Assembly (NCBI GenBank): GCA_963708025.1
Contig: CAVPSB010000018.1
Coordinates: forward strand, 192,001-256,000
Direction: 5' to 3'
DNA: 64,000 bases
From: an uncultured Candidatus Rokubacteria bacterium
GTDB lineage: Bacteria > Methylomirabilota > Methylomirabilia > Rokubacteriales > DASRDR01
How positions within the stretch are numbered: position 1 is the first letter of the stretch; each line of letters begins with the position of its first letter. Shown here piece after piece: positions 9,306 to 18,644 of the stretch. The translations under genes were made by a program, and so were the position numbers. Below the pieces are notes generated by a model, which saw nothing but the letters and a program-made list of their open reading frames with translations, was not told the origin of the DNA and searched no databases.

Positions 9306-10298
9306 ATGGCGCGCATGGGCGTCGCCTTCAGCGGGGGGCTGTCCCCCGCCGACATCGTCGAGTGCGTGACGCTGGCCGAAGGGCTCGGCTACGAATCGGC
9401 GTGGGTGGCGGAAGGGCATGGCGGCGACCAGTTCGCGATCCTCGGCGCCTGCGCCGTCGCCACGCGGCGGATCCGGCTGGGCACGAGCATCTCCAGCGTG
9501 TTCGTGCGCAGCGCCACGACCATCGGCATGGCGGCGGCGACCGTCGATCAGCTCTCGAGCGGCCGGTTCATCCTGGGCCTGGGCTCGAGCCATCGGGTGC
9601 AGGTCGAGCCCGAGCACGGCATCCCGTTCGTCCAGCCGACGGCGCGGCTGCGCGACACGATCGCGATCGTGCGCGCGCTGGTGCGAGACGGCGTCGTCGC
9701 GCATCGCGGCGAGGTGGTGACGATCGAGCGGTTCGACCTCTGGTTTCCACCGCGTCGGCCGCACATCCCGATCTACGTGGCGGCGCTGTTCCCGCGCATG
9801 CTCGAGATCGCGGGTGAGCTGGCCGAGGGGGCGCTCCTCACGTGGCCGACGCCCGGCGCGATCACGCGCGCCGTCGAGCACGTCGCGATCGGCGCGCGGC
9901 GCGCCGGGCGCGAGGCGACGGCGGTGGACGTGGCCTCGCTGATTCCGTGCGTCGTGGCGGACACCGCCGCGGCCGCGCGCGACGCCATGCGGCCGGCGGT
10001 CGGTCTCTACGCTGGCTTCTTTCCCCGCTACAACCGGCTGCTGGCGGAGGCGGGCTTCCCCGACGCCGTGCGCGCGATCAAGGACGCCTTCGATCGCGGC
10101 GGCCGCGACGCCGCGGCCACGGTCGTGCCCGACGAGCTGATCGACGCGGTGGCGCTCGCCGGCACTCCGGACACGTGCCGCGAGCGTCTGGTCGCCTATC
10201 GCCGCGCCGGTCTCGGTCTCCCCATCGTGAGCCCGCGGGTGTCCGGCGCGGACGGCAAGAAGACGGCGATGACGGCGATCCGGGCGTGCGCGCCATGA
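9306..10298 (+). CDS. LLM-class (luciferase-like) flavin/F420-dependent oxidoreductase
   Basis: AEGLGYESAWVAE, TRRIRLGTSI, DQLSSGRFILGLG, IPIYVAA. Confidence 0.9.
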   Translation: MARMGVAFSGGLSPADIVECVTLAEGLGYESAWVAEGHGGDQFAILGACAVATRRIRLGTSISSVFVRSATTIGMAAATVDQLSSGRFILGLGSSHRVQVEPEHGIPFVQPTARLRDTIAIVRALVRDGVVAHRGEVVTIERFDLWFPPRRPHIPIYVAALFPRMLEIAGELAEGALLTWPTPGAITRAVEHVAIGARRAGREATAVDVASLIPCVVADTAAAARDAMRPAVGLYAGFFPRYNRLLAEAGFPDAVRAIKDAFDRGGRDAAATVVPDELIDAVALAGTPDTCRERLVAYRRAGLGLPIVSPRVSGADGKKTAMTAIRACAP

Positions 10299-10368
10299 CG
10301 GCGTCGCGCCTCGTCCCGACCAAAGGAGGCCTCATCGAGTGCGGCATCTTCGCTGCATGGCGCGGGAC

Positions 10369-13300
10369 TCACCGGTACGCGACGCGGTAGATGCGGACGC
10401 CGGGATTCTCGTACACGCGCTCGAAGTGGGCGGGGGTCGCCTCGAACTTGTCGAGCCCCGGCCCGCCGTGGTACAGGCGCTCGAGCGGGCCGACGTAGAC
10501 GTAGCGCACCTGGTAGCGCCTCAGGAGCCGGAGGGCGGCCTCGACGTCGGGGGTGGTGTAGATCGTGCGGACCGTCTCCAGGCGCCGGCCGACCGGATCC
10601 CCCGGGAACGCGGCCCGCTGCTGGCGCTCGTGCGAGGCCCAGCCGAGGACGGTGGGCAGCCCCGTGTAGACGCTGACCCGCGATCCCCAGCGATACGGGG
10701 GAACGCTGGCTTCCAGGACGACGGGGCTGCCGGCGACGTGCTCGCGGAGCCACCGGATGGCGTCGGCGTCCCAGGCGAGTGCGATCTCCTGGCCCTGGTC
10801 GCGGACGACCGCGCGGCTCAGGTAGCCCTCGCCGTCGAGGCCGGGGCCCAGCCCGGGATCGAAGCGGTGCCGCAGTCGCGGCGGCGTGGCCAGCAGGGGA
10901 TAGAGCAGCACGCCCGCCAGCAGGACCAGCCAGGTGGCGGCCCACGCGCGGGCCGGCCAGCCCGTCCAGCGCGACGGACCCCAGGCGCGGCACGCGGCGG
11001 CGACCCCCGCGACCGCCACCACCCCGAACAGCATCCACACCTGAAGGTAGAGCTTGAAGACCGTGTTCATCCGGCCGATGTCGCCCCGCAGCACCACGAG
11101 TTCGACGGCGGCGCTCAGGCCAGCCCCCAGGAGGATCAGGCCCGCGATCAGCCGCTCGGTCGGGGTTCGCGCCGACCCGACCGCGTGGGGAAGGGCCAGC
11201 GCGCCCAGAGCGGCCAGCGCCGCCGGGAGGCCGAGACCGAGAGCCGCCAGGAGGCCGGCCCCGGCCAGGCCGGCCGCCCGCAGCCACCACGCGAAGCCGG
11301 ACTGATCCTCGCGCCAGCGCCCCGCGAGCACGAGATACGTCGTCACCCCGAACAGGAAGAAGCCGTAGAAGCCGAGGTACGCGTCGAGAGGGGTGCGGGA
11401 TCCGAGCCACGGCTCGACCGCTCCGTACGCGGTCGCCAGGTGCGCCGTGAAGGGGTGAACGAGCAGGCGGCCGGCCACGAGAACCACGACGAGGCGTCCG
11501 GCGGCGGCGAGGACAGCCGTCCGGTCGAGCCGGCCCCGCCGGCCGAGCTCCCGCAGGACGAGGCCGAGTCCGACCAGCACGAGCGCGGTGGGATGGTCCC
11601 AGGCGTTGATCGCCCACAGGGCGCCGGTCACCAGGCTCAGGAGGCCGAGCACCGCCGTCTCCCGGAGTCGGGCATCCTGGTCGCCCGGTCGATCCGGCCG
11701 CTCACCGTCGGCCGCGAGGTGGATGGCGCCCGCGATCACGAGCAGGACGTACGGCATGGCCAGCATGTGGGCGTGGAGATCCGCGAACAGGAAGGTGAAG
11801 AAGGGGAACTCGGTGATCGGCGGCGGCTCCGTGCTCGGGTGGGGAATGGCCCGCGTGGCGGGCCAGAACCAGTACTCGGTGGGAACGGGGAGTGACCGCC
11901 GCTCCACGAGCCAGAGATAGAGCCCGTGGAGCGTCCGCAGGGCCGGGCCGGCGCCGGGGATCCAGCTCGTCCACCCGGGGGTGCTCAGGCGACTGACCGC
12001 GTCGGCCAGCAACCGACCCTCGACGAGGTTGCCGGCGATGGTCACGTAGAGTGCCCCCAGACTGCCCCAGCCCATGGTCCCGGCCCACCGGCGGCCGCCG
12101 GGGCCGGGCGCCCCTGACCGCCCATCGATGTTGCGGACCAGGGCCGCCGCCGCCGTGAACGCGCCCGCCCCGGTCAGGGCGAAGAACGTGGGAATCGCGA
12201 GCGTGTAGGCGACCGACGGCACGATGCCGGTGAGCTTGACCAGCGTGGCGACCAGCACGAACCCGAAATAGTAGTAGTTGAGGTAGCCGCCCGCGAACCA
12301 CGGGTCGTACGGGGGAAACAGTCCGCTCTTCAGCACCGCGTTGAGAAACGCGAAGTCCATCGGCTTCTCGCCGCCTCGCTCCGGATGCCACAGGTCGGGA
12401 TTCTGCCAGCGGATCCAGAGCATCACGCCGAAGAGGAGCCAGAAGAGCGCCTCCTCCGCGAGGAGGAGCGCCCGCCGCTCCCGCCAGAGCCGCCGGAGGT
12501 CGTGGCGCTGCCACCAGGCGGCGGCGCCCGAGGGGATGGCGAGGGCGACGACCACCAGCGCGACGCTCGCGGCGCTGAAGCGGGCGATGCCGAGGCTGGC
12601 GAGCCACCAGGCGCCGAAGGCCACGAGGAGCAGCCCCACGGCCTTGGCGAGCAGGAAGCCGCGGTCCTCGAGCGTCCCGAGGGCGAGCGCGGTGAGCGGG
12701 AACGCGAGGAGGCCCAGCAGCGCGAGCGCGAGCGCCCAGGCGAGGACCGGCCAGCGGTTCGCCAGGTCGCCGGGGTCGTAGAGGCCGTGCCGCGGATCGA
12801 GCCGCCGCGACCACGTCCCGCCGGTTCGCTGGGCCTCGCGCGTCCCCGGATCGGGCCCCAGGGCGTTCCCGAGCCGCTCCACCTCCCGCGGCCGGAGCCG
12901 TGGGATCTCGTCCCACTCCACCTGGTCGAGGAGGGCCCGGGCGCGCGCCACGCTCCAGGCCTCCGTCTTCTGGAAGATCCGCACGCGCGGATGGTCGTAG
13001 ACCGAGAAGGCCTCCTCGGCGCCCTGGTCGGGGAAGTCGATCCCGAGGAGCCGGGGATAGGCGGTGAACTCCGCCGCCTGCCGGAACCCCAGCTCGCCGG
13101 AGAGCAGGAGACGATAGTAGCGCGTGGTCATCGGGTAGCGCATCGGGAGCCGCGGGATGCTGTCCGAGAGCCGGTTGCTGGAGAGGATGACGTACCCGGC
13201 CTGGTCGAGGACCGCGAGCAGCTGGTCGAGCTTCTGCGGCGTGTCCTCGGCGTAGTTGGCCAGCTCGAGGCGGCGATAGACGGTGAAGGGAGACGCGCCG

Positions 13301-14727
13301 GACAGGCGGAGCGGCAGCGCGTCGTCCCAGTGCTCGACGGCGAGCGCCGTCCCGGGCGGGACGTTGGCGTAGATCCACCGGGACGCCTCGATGCGAGAGT
13401 GGGGTCGCCGGTAGATGCTCGTGAAGGCCCAGGCCCAGGCGAGCGTTCCGCCCACGACCAGCACGGCGAGGGCAGCGGCCGCGGCGGGGCGCCACCGTCC
13501 CGCCCACCCGGCCGGCCGGTCGCCCGCGCCGCCGGCCGCCTGGCGCGCCCGACCCCACGCCCGGGCGAGCAGGGAGGCGGCGAAGAGGGCGAGCGCCGGG
13601 TAGATCGGCAGGAAGTAGCGGAGCGACGTGACCCACCGGGTGCCCTGGTACCCGAAAAGCACCAGGACCCAGATCCAGAGCAGCACCCGCTCGGGCGAGC
13701 GATCCCGGCGGCGCCAGAGGTCCCAGCCGGCCAGGAGCCAGCCACCCCACGCGGCGAGGCCGAGGGCCGGCCCCATCCCCACCGTCACCATGTTCGCCCA
13801 CGGGAACCAGAGGGGTGCCCGGTCCGTCCACTGGTGACCAGGCGGGAAGTCGCGGAGGCCGCTCAGCAGCTCGGCCACCAGGCGCATGCTGCCGACCCAG
13901 GCCGGATCGAGGGCGAGGCCGAAGAACCCGGGTCCCCGGAAGGTGTACGGCTGCAGCACGCGAAAGACGAGCAGGGTCACCGCCAGCGCGAGCCCCAGGC
14001 CCGCGGCCGCCCGGCGGATCCATCGGAGAACCCCTGGCTGGGACCCGTCGGGCCGCTCCCGCCCGCGTTCGCGGACGAGGATCGCGGCCGCGGCCACGAC
14101 GCCGAGGACGGCCACGCTGGCCTTGCAGGCCAGCCCGGCGCCCAGGGCAGCGCCGAGCAGGACGTGGTCCCGCCCGCGGCCCCAGTCGAGGACCCGGACG
14201 CTCGCGACCAGCGCGAGCATCACGAAGGCGGTGGCGAAGGTGTCCACGGTGTAGAAGTGGGCGAGCTGGATCGGCAGCACCGTGACCGCCAGGAGCAAGG
14301 CGCCCAGTAGCCCGACCCCCGGGCCGTACAGGCGCCGCCCGAGCAGGAACGTCAGCAGCACGGTGAGGAGGTCGAAGCCCGCCGACAGCAGCCGCCCGAC
14401 GATGTGGATGCGGTCGTAGCCCGGCTGCCCCGCCGCGTCGCCGACCGTCTTGGTCAGGAAGATCGGGAGGGTGCCGTAGGCGTAGAACGGGAAGCCCCGG
14501 TTCTGGGGATTGAGCGGCGAGGTCGCGGTGTCGAAGTAGCCCCGCACGCCCTCCGGCCAGCGGAGCGCCTCCGTGACCATCGTGAGGAACCGCTCGTCGG
14601 GGTGGAGGTGCTGCTCCTCGAGCACGACCGGACGCCCGGGCGCCTCCCAGCGATGGGCGTCCCAGTGGAGCCCGTCCAGTCGCAGGACGGCGGCGAGGAG
14701 GAGCACGGCGCCGAGGCCCCAGCGCAT
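10369..14727 (-). CDS. Large GT-C membrane protein: N-terminal PMT/GT39-like domain fused to a Chlor_Arch_YYY (DUF2298/TIGR03662) domain
   Basis: HPDERF, AHFYTVD, EHWDD, GGEKPMD, PPYDPWFAGGYLNYYYFG, ITEFPFFTFLFADLHAH, MNTVFKLYLQVW; many TM segments. ATG 14727 (MRWGLG). Confidence 0.85.
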   Translation of the reverse strand: MRWGLGAVLLLAAVLRLDGLHWDAHRWEAPGRPVVLEEQHLHPDERFLTMVTEALRWPEGVRGYFDTATSPLNPQNRGFPFYAYGTLPIFLTKTVGDAAGQPGYDRIHIVGRLLSAGFDLLTVLLTFLLGRRLYGPGVGLLGALLLAVTVLPIQLAHFYTVDTFATAFVMLALVASVRVLDWGRGRDHVLLGAALGAGLACKASVAVLGVVAAAAILVRERGRERPDGSQPGVLRWIRRAAAGLGLALAVTLLVFRVLQPYTFRGPGFFGLALDPAWVGSMRLVAELLSGLRDFPPGHQWTDRAPLWFPWANMVTVGMGPALGLAAWGGWLLAGWDLWRRRDRSPERVLLWIWVLVLFGYQGTRWVTSLRYFLPIYPALALFAASLLARAWGRARQAAGGAGDRPAGWAGRWRPAAAAALAVLVVGGTLAWAWAFTSIYRRPHSRIEASRWIYANVPPGTALAVEHWDDALPLRLSGASPFTVYRRLELANYAEDTPQKLDQLLAVLDQAGYVILSSNRLSDSIPRLPMRYPMTTRYYRLLLSGELGFRQAAEFTAYPRLLGIDFPDQGAEEAFSVYDHPRVRIFQKTEAWSVARARALLDQVEWDEIPRLRPREVERLGNALGPDPGTREAQRTGGTWSRRLDPRHGLYDPGDLANRWPVLAWALALALLGLLAFPLTALALGTLEDRGFLLAKAVGLLLVAFGAWWLASLGIARFSAASVALVVVALAIPSGAAAWWQRHDLRRLWRERRALLLAEEALFWLLFGVMLWIRWQNPDLWHPERGGEKPMDFAFLNAVLKSGLFPPYDPWFAGGYLNYYYFGFVLVATLVKLTGIVPSVAYTLAIPTFFALTGAGAFTAAAALVRNIDGRSGAPGPGGRRWAGTMGWGSLGALYVTIAGNLVEGRLLADAVSRLSTPGWTSWIPGAGPALRTLHGLYLWLVERRSLPVPTEYWFWPATRAIPHPSTEPPPITEFPFFTFLFADLHAHMLAMPYVLLVIAGAIHLAADGERPDRPGDQDARLRETAVLGLLSLVTGALWAINAWDHPTALVLVGLGLVLRELGRRGRLDRTAVLAAAGRLVVVLVAGRLLVHPFTAHLATAYGAVEPWLGSRTPLDAYLGFYGFFLFGVTTYLVLAGRWREDQSGFAWWLRAAGLAGAGLLAALGLGLPAALAALGALALPHAVGSARTPTERLIAGLILLGAGLSAAVELVVLRGDIGRMNTVFKLYLQVWMLFGVVAVAGVAAACRAWGPSRWTGWPARAWAATWLVLLAGVLLYPLLATPPRLRHRFDPGLGPGLDGEGYLSRAVVRDQGQEIALAWDADAIRWLREHVAGSPVVLEASVPPYRWGSRVSVYTGLPTVLGWASHERQQRAAFPGDPVGRRLETVRTIYTTPDVEAALRLLRRYQVRYVYVGPLERLYHGGPGLDKFEATPAHFERVYENPGVRIYRVAYR

Positions 14728-14747
14728 CGGGTTCTCCGTCCGCGCGG

Positions 14748-16913
14748 CTACTCGCCGCCGAGGCGGTCCCCGCGCTCCGGCCGGGGCTCCGGGGCCGGGG
14801 GACGGGGGCCGAGCACCCACACGCTGGCGGCGACGTCCCGGCTGACGTACATCAGGAACTCGCGGCGCAGCGGCCAGTCGGCCAGGTCGACGCCGGGGTA
14901 GCGGCGGTGGGCGACGACCTGCCAGAGCCAGGCGCGGGCCGCGGGGTCGCCGAGCGTCCGGCCCAGGTCGGCCACGCTCAGCTTCCGGTACCCCTGGAGT
15001 GGCCACCAGATCAGCCGGTAGCGTCGCTTGGCGTAGCCGCGCTCGACGAACGGCGCGACCTTGGCGGCGTTCTTCGGTCCCACGATGACGACCGGGGCGG
15101 CCATCGCCTCGGGAGTCGGGACCGTTCCGTAGCCGAAGGCGAGCGGATAGTCGCGCAGGTACCACGCCAGCGGCCAGGTGCTCTCATCGTCGTAGGCGAC
15201 CACGAGGGCCCGGTCGCGGCCGGTCCGCTGCCCGATCAGCTCGATCTCGGACATGGCCCGCTTGATGTCCGGGGTCCCGTGGGCGTAGACGAGCAGCTCG
15301 GTCGCGAGATCGTAGTTGACGTAGGTCAGTCGCACGGTCGTTCGCACGGTCAGCAGGGTGACGGCGGCGACCAGGCCGACGGCGACGAGGCGCCAGCCCG
15401 CGGCCCGTCCCACAGCGCGGAGCGACCGGACCCCGAGGATGGCGAGCGCCGCGGTGAGGAGCACGCTGGTCATCCACCGCGGCATGTCCTCGAGCGCGGC
15501 GAGCTCCCGCCCCGCGACCTCCGGGAACCTCGCCGCGCCAGCCCCGACGACGAGCAGGATCGGCGCGCCCAAGGCCAGGCCGATGGCCCGCCCGGCGCCG
15601 ATCGCCCGCCAGTCGATCGACGCGAGCAGCCGCGCCAGCCCGGAGCCGCCCAGCAGGCACAGCGGCAGCACGATGTGGGCGAGGAGCCACGGCATCTTCT
15701 CGCCGGCCACGGTGTAGGCGACCCAGCTCGCGGCGGCCCACCAGAGACAGAAGGCGAGGGCGGCGTCCCGGCTTGGCGCGGGACTCGAGGACCCGACCGC
15801 CGGCTCCGTCCCCGTCCGGCGCCGGAGCACGGCCACGGCCGCGCCCGCGGCCAGGAGCAGGGGCAGGAACTCGTAGAGCCCCGCGAGGAGCGGGTAGTAG
15901 AACCACGGCTGGCCGCCGCGCTGGACCGGCTGCTGGGTGAGCCAGTACCCGAGGCTCCCGACGACGCCGGTGGCGAGGCCGACGGGGACGTTCGTGAAGA
16001 AGGTCGTGAAGAAGAGGACCTGCAATCCCCAGAACCCGCCCATGAGCCCGGCCCAGCGCCGGAATCCACGTCCGGGCCCGAACCAGAGCCGGGCCGTCGA
16101 GAGGCTCAGCCCGAACAGGAGGACTACCGCCACCCCGTAACGAGCCTGGCCGGCCCGGGTGGTGTAGTCGTGGGGGTTCCAGCCGAGCAGCACGACGCCG
16201 GCGCACCCGGTGAAGGGCAGGACCAGGGTCAGCATCAACGCCGCGAGGTCGCCCGGCGCGCTCTCCCGCCACCGGTCGCGGCCGTCCCGCCAGCGCTGGA
16301 GGAACAGCCCGACGCAGAAGGATCCGGCGATCGCGCCGAAGATGAACGCGACCTCCTTCGAGAGGAAGCTCGCGGCCATGGCGAGCGTGACGAGGACCAG
16401 CCAGCGCCGGTGCCGATCCTCGAGGTAGCGGATCATGCCGTAGACCCACAGGAGCGAGAAGAGGCAAACGGAGAGGTCGTTGCGGACGTAGCGGCTGTAG
16501 AAGGTCAGCGTCGGGCTCACCAGCACCAGGACGGCGGCCAGCAGCGCGCCCGTCCGGCCCAGGTACCGCCGGAACCACCACAGCGCCGCCACCAGGCCGA
16601 TCCCCGCTGCCGCCGGGACCAGGCGCGCGGTGGTATCGCTGGCCCCGAACAGCCAGAACACGGCCGCGTTCAGGTGTTGGAGGAGCGGCCCGTGCGTGGA
16701 GGGGTCGTGGCGGTAGAAGCCCGCCTGGTAGAGCTTGAAGCCCAGGAAGGCGTGGATGCTCTCGTCGTGGCTCATCGCGCGACTGCCGAGCTCCGCGAAC
16801 CGCGAGAGCGCGGCGAGCAGCAGGACTCCGCCCCACGCCGCCTGCTCCCGGGAGACTCCGCGCGAGACGGCGACCAGCGGCTCGTCCCACCAGGACATCG
16901 GCCGATCGCTCAC
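14748..16913 (-). CDS. TIGR03663-family GT-C-like membrane protein
   Basis: MSHDESIHA, YRHDPSTHGP, FYSRYVRND, SLGYWLTQQPVQRGGQPWFYY, AGEKMPWL. GTG 16913 is preceded by GAGAGG. Confidence 0.85.
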   Translation of the reverse strand: MSDRPMSWWDEPLVAVSRGVSREQAAWGGVLLLAALSRFAELGSRAMSHDESIHAFLGFKLYQAGFYRHDPSTHGPLLQHLNAAVFWLFGASDTTARLVPAAAGIGLVAALWWFRRYLGRTGALLAAVLVLVSPTLTFYSRYVRNDLSVCLFSLLWVYGMIRYLEDRHRRWLVLVTLAMAASFLSKEVAFIFGAIAGSFCVGLFLQRWRDGRDRWRESAPGDLAALMLTLVLPFTGCAGVVLLGWNPHDYTTRAGQARYGVAVVLLFGLSLSTARLWFGPGRGFRRWAGLMGGFWGLQVLFFTTFFTNVPVGLATGVVGSLGYWLTQQPVQRGGQPWFYYPLLAGLYEFLPLLLAAGAAVAVLRRRTGTEPAVGSSSPAPSRDAALAFCLWWAAASWVAYTVAGEKMPWLLAHIVLPLCLLGGSGLARLLASIDWRAIGAGRAIGLALGAPILLVVGAGAARFPEVAGRELAALEDMPRWMTSVLLTAALAILGVRSLRAVGRAAGWRLVAVGLVAAVTLLTVRTTVRLTYVNYDLATELLVYAHGTPDIKRAMSEIELIGQRTGRDRALVVAYDDESTWPLAWYLRDYPLAFGYGTVPTPEAMAAPVVIVGPKNAAKVAPFVERGYAKRRYRLIWWPLQGYRKLSVADLGRTLGDPAARAWLWQVVAHRRYPGVDLADWPLRREFLMYVSRDVAASVWVLGPRPPAPEPRPERGDRLGGE

Positions 16914-16940
16914 GTGCCTCTCAGCTTCCGTGGGTTTCTC

Positions 16941-17067
16941 GCAACCCCCCTGGTCCGGCCGCGCGGCCGTGGCGTTCCACTTCGAGCCGCGGCCCAAAGG
17001 CCGAAGGCCGTCCAACAGTCGCGGCCTCCGAGGGGGGGCTTCGGGGGGTCTTCCAAGACCCCCCCGA
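16941..17067. repeat. Composite palindromic intergenic element (family C) hosting a GGCCGAAGGCC module
   Basis: Hairpin TCGGGGGGTCTT-cc-AAGACCCCCCCGA at 17041-17067 with a near-identical copy at 40371-40405; nested module at 16994-17015. Confidence 0.75.
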
Positions 17068-17072
17068 TGTTC

Positions 17073-18623
17073 TCACGGGTCCGGCTCGGGCTCCGACGCA
17101 GGCGTCTTCGGCATCTCGCCGGAGCCCCCCTCTCCTCCGGGCACCCACAGGATGATGCCGACGGGCCCCGCCGCGCCGATGCGGATCCGATAGCGGCTTC
17201 CCGCGTAGCCCGGGGGCAGCCGCGCGGCGAGGGCGTCCGGCCGCGAGCCGGCGCCGACATCTGGTGTGACGATCAGCGGAGAGAGGGTCTGGTCGCCGAC
17301 GTCGGATGGCGGGCTCGCGACCCAGCGGAGCCGCGGCAGGTCCCGGAGATACCAGGCGAGGAGCGGGTCGGCTCGCGGATCCCCCACGACACGGACCGGG
17401 CACTCGCGCGCGTCGCCGACCTGCCAAGCACAGAGTGACGCCGCGTCGGCCGCCAGCAGCCGGGCGCCCGCCTGCGTGGCCTCCCCTCGGGAGGGGGGCT
17501 GGAAGGCGTGGCGCAGTGTGAGGAGCAGGAGCACCGCGGCGCAGACGCCAGCTAGCCGGGCTCCTCGCGTGTGGAGCGCGACCCTCCGGGGCAGTCTCCC
17601 CACCACCTGAGCCGCGGCGAGGGCAAGCAGGAGGGTCAAGGGGAGCCGGCCCACGATGGTCGCCCGCTCGACCCACGCCATGGCCAGCGCCAGCCCGCAC
17701 GCGGCGAGCAGGATGATCCGGCGGCGCCAGGGCGCCGGGCTTGCCCGCTGCCACTCGATCGCCAGGCCCAGCAATCCCAGGCCCAGCGTGAGGGGCTGCT
17801 CGAGGACGAGCCGCTCCAGCAAGCTCAGCAGGCCAGGCAGCCCGGGGGGATCGAGCGACTGCGCGCTCCAGACGGTCAGGCTCATGCTCACCGCCGGCAG
17901 CCCCTGCCGCTGGATGAGGCCGGCGGTGGCCGCCAGGACCGCGCTGGCGGCCGTCACGCCGAGGAGGCGCCCGACGAGGCCGCGCTCGCGCGCCCGGCGC
18001 GCGCCGGCCGGGCTCGCCGCCGCGTCGAGCCACGCGCCGGCGCCCGCGAGTCCCAGGAGCAGCAGGAAGCTCCACGCCGCCGGCCCGCTGGCGACGAGCA
18101 GGCCGAAGGAGGCGGCCGCCGCCCGCAGCCACCGGCGTCGCTCGGCCTCGCCCGCGGCGTCGCCGGCCGTCGCGGCCCGCACGCGGACGACACACGCGAC
18201 GACCAGGAGAGCGCCGAGCGCGCTGGCGATGGCCCCGTCGGCGAGGCGGCTCGTCCCCACCAGCACGGGATCCACGGCGAGGACTCCGGCGAGGGCGAGA
18301 GTCGTCGCCCGGCCGATCACGGGCCGCACGAGCCAGGGCACGAGCACGACCGCGGTCCCGAGGGCGGCCGGCCACGCCCGGGCGAGCGCGTCCGTCCCGC
18401 TCCCGGCCAGCCAGAACAGCGCCCACTGCCCGACGAAGAGCAGCGCGCTCGCCGGCGGCCCACCGGGCGGGAGCGCGACCCCGCCGGTTTCCGTCGCCGC
18501 GACCCACCCCGGCCACGTGCTGGCCGCCTCCAGCAGCCCCAGGGGCTCGCGGGCGAGGTCGCGGAAGCGCAGCCCGGCGGCCACCGCCACCAGCAGCGCG
18601 CCGAGGAGCCTCTCCGTGGGCAT
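17073..18623 (-). CDS. Divergent TIGR03663-like multi-pass membrane protein
   Basis: Same N-terminal layout as its neighbour (LRFRDLAREPL..., ALARAWPAALG, SRLADG) and a shared C-terminal PLLAWYLRD; acidic motifs are degenerate. Confidence 0.7.
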   Translation of the reverse strand: MPTERLLGALLVAVAAGLRFRDLAREPLGLLEAASTWPGWVAATETGGVALPPGGPPASALLFVGQWALFWLAGSGTDALARAWPAALGTAVVLVPWLVRPVIGRATTLALAGVLAVDPVLVGTSRLADGAIASALGALLVVACVVRVRAATAGDAAGEAERRRWLRAAAASFGLLVASGPAAWSFLLLLGLAGAGAWLDAAASPAGARRARERGLVGRLLGVTAASAVLAATAGLIQRQGLPAVSMSLTVWSAQSLDPPGLPGLLSLLERLVLEQPLTLGLGLLGLAIEWQRASPAPWRRRIILLAACGLALAMAWVERATIVGRLPLTLLLALAAAQVVGRLPRRVALHTRGARLAGVCAAVLLLLTLRHAFQPPSRGEATQAGARLLAADAASLCAWQVGDARECPVRVVGDPRADPLLAWYLRDLPRLRWVASPPSDVGDQTLSPLIVTPDVGAGSRPDALAARLPPGYAGSRYRIRIGAAGPVGIILWVPGGEGGSGEMPKTPASEPEPDP

Positions 18624-18644
18624 CACGACCCACGGCGCCCGGCG

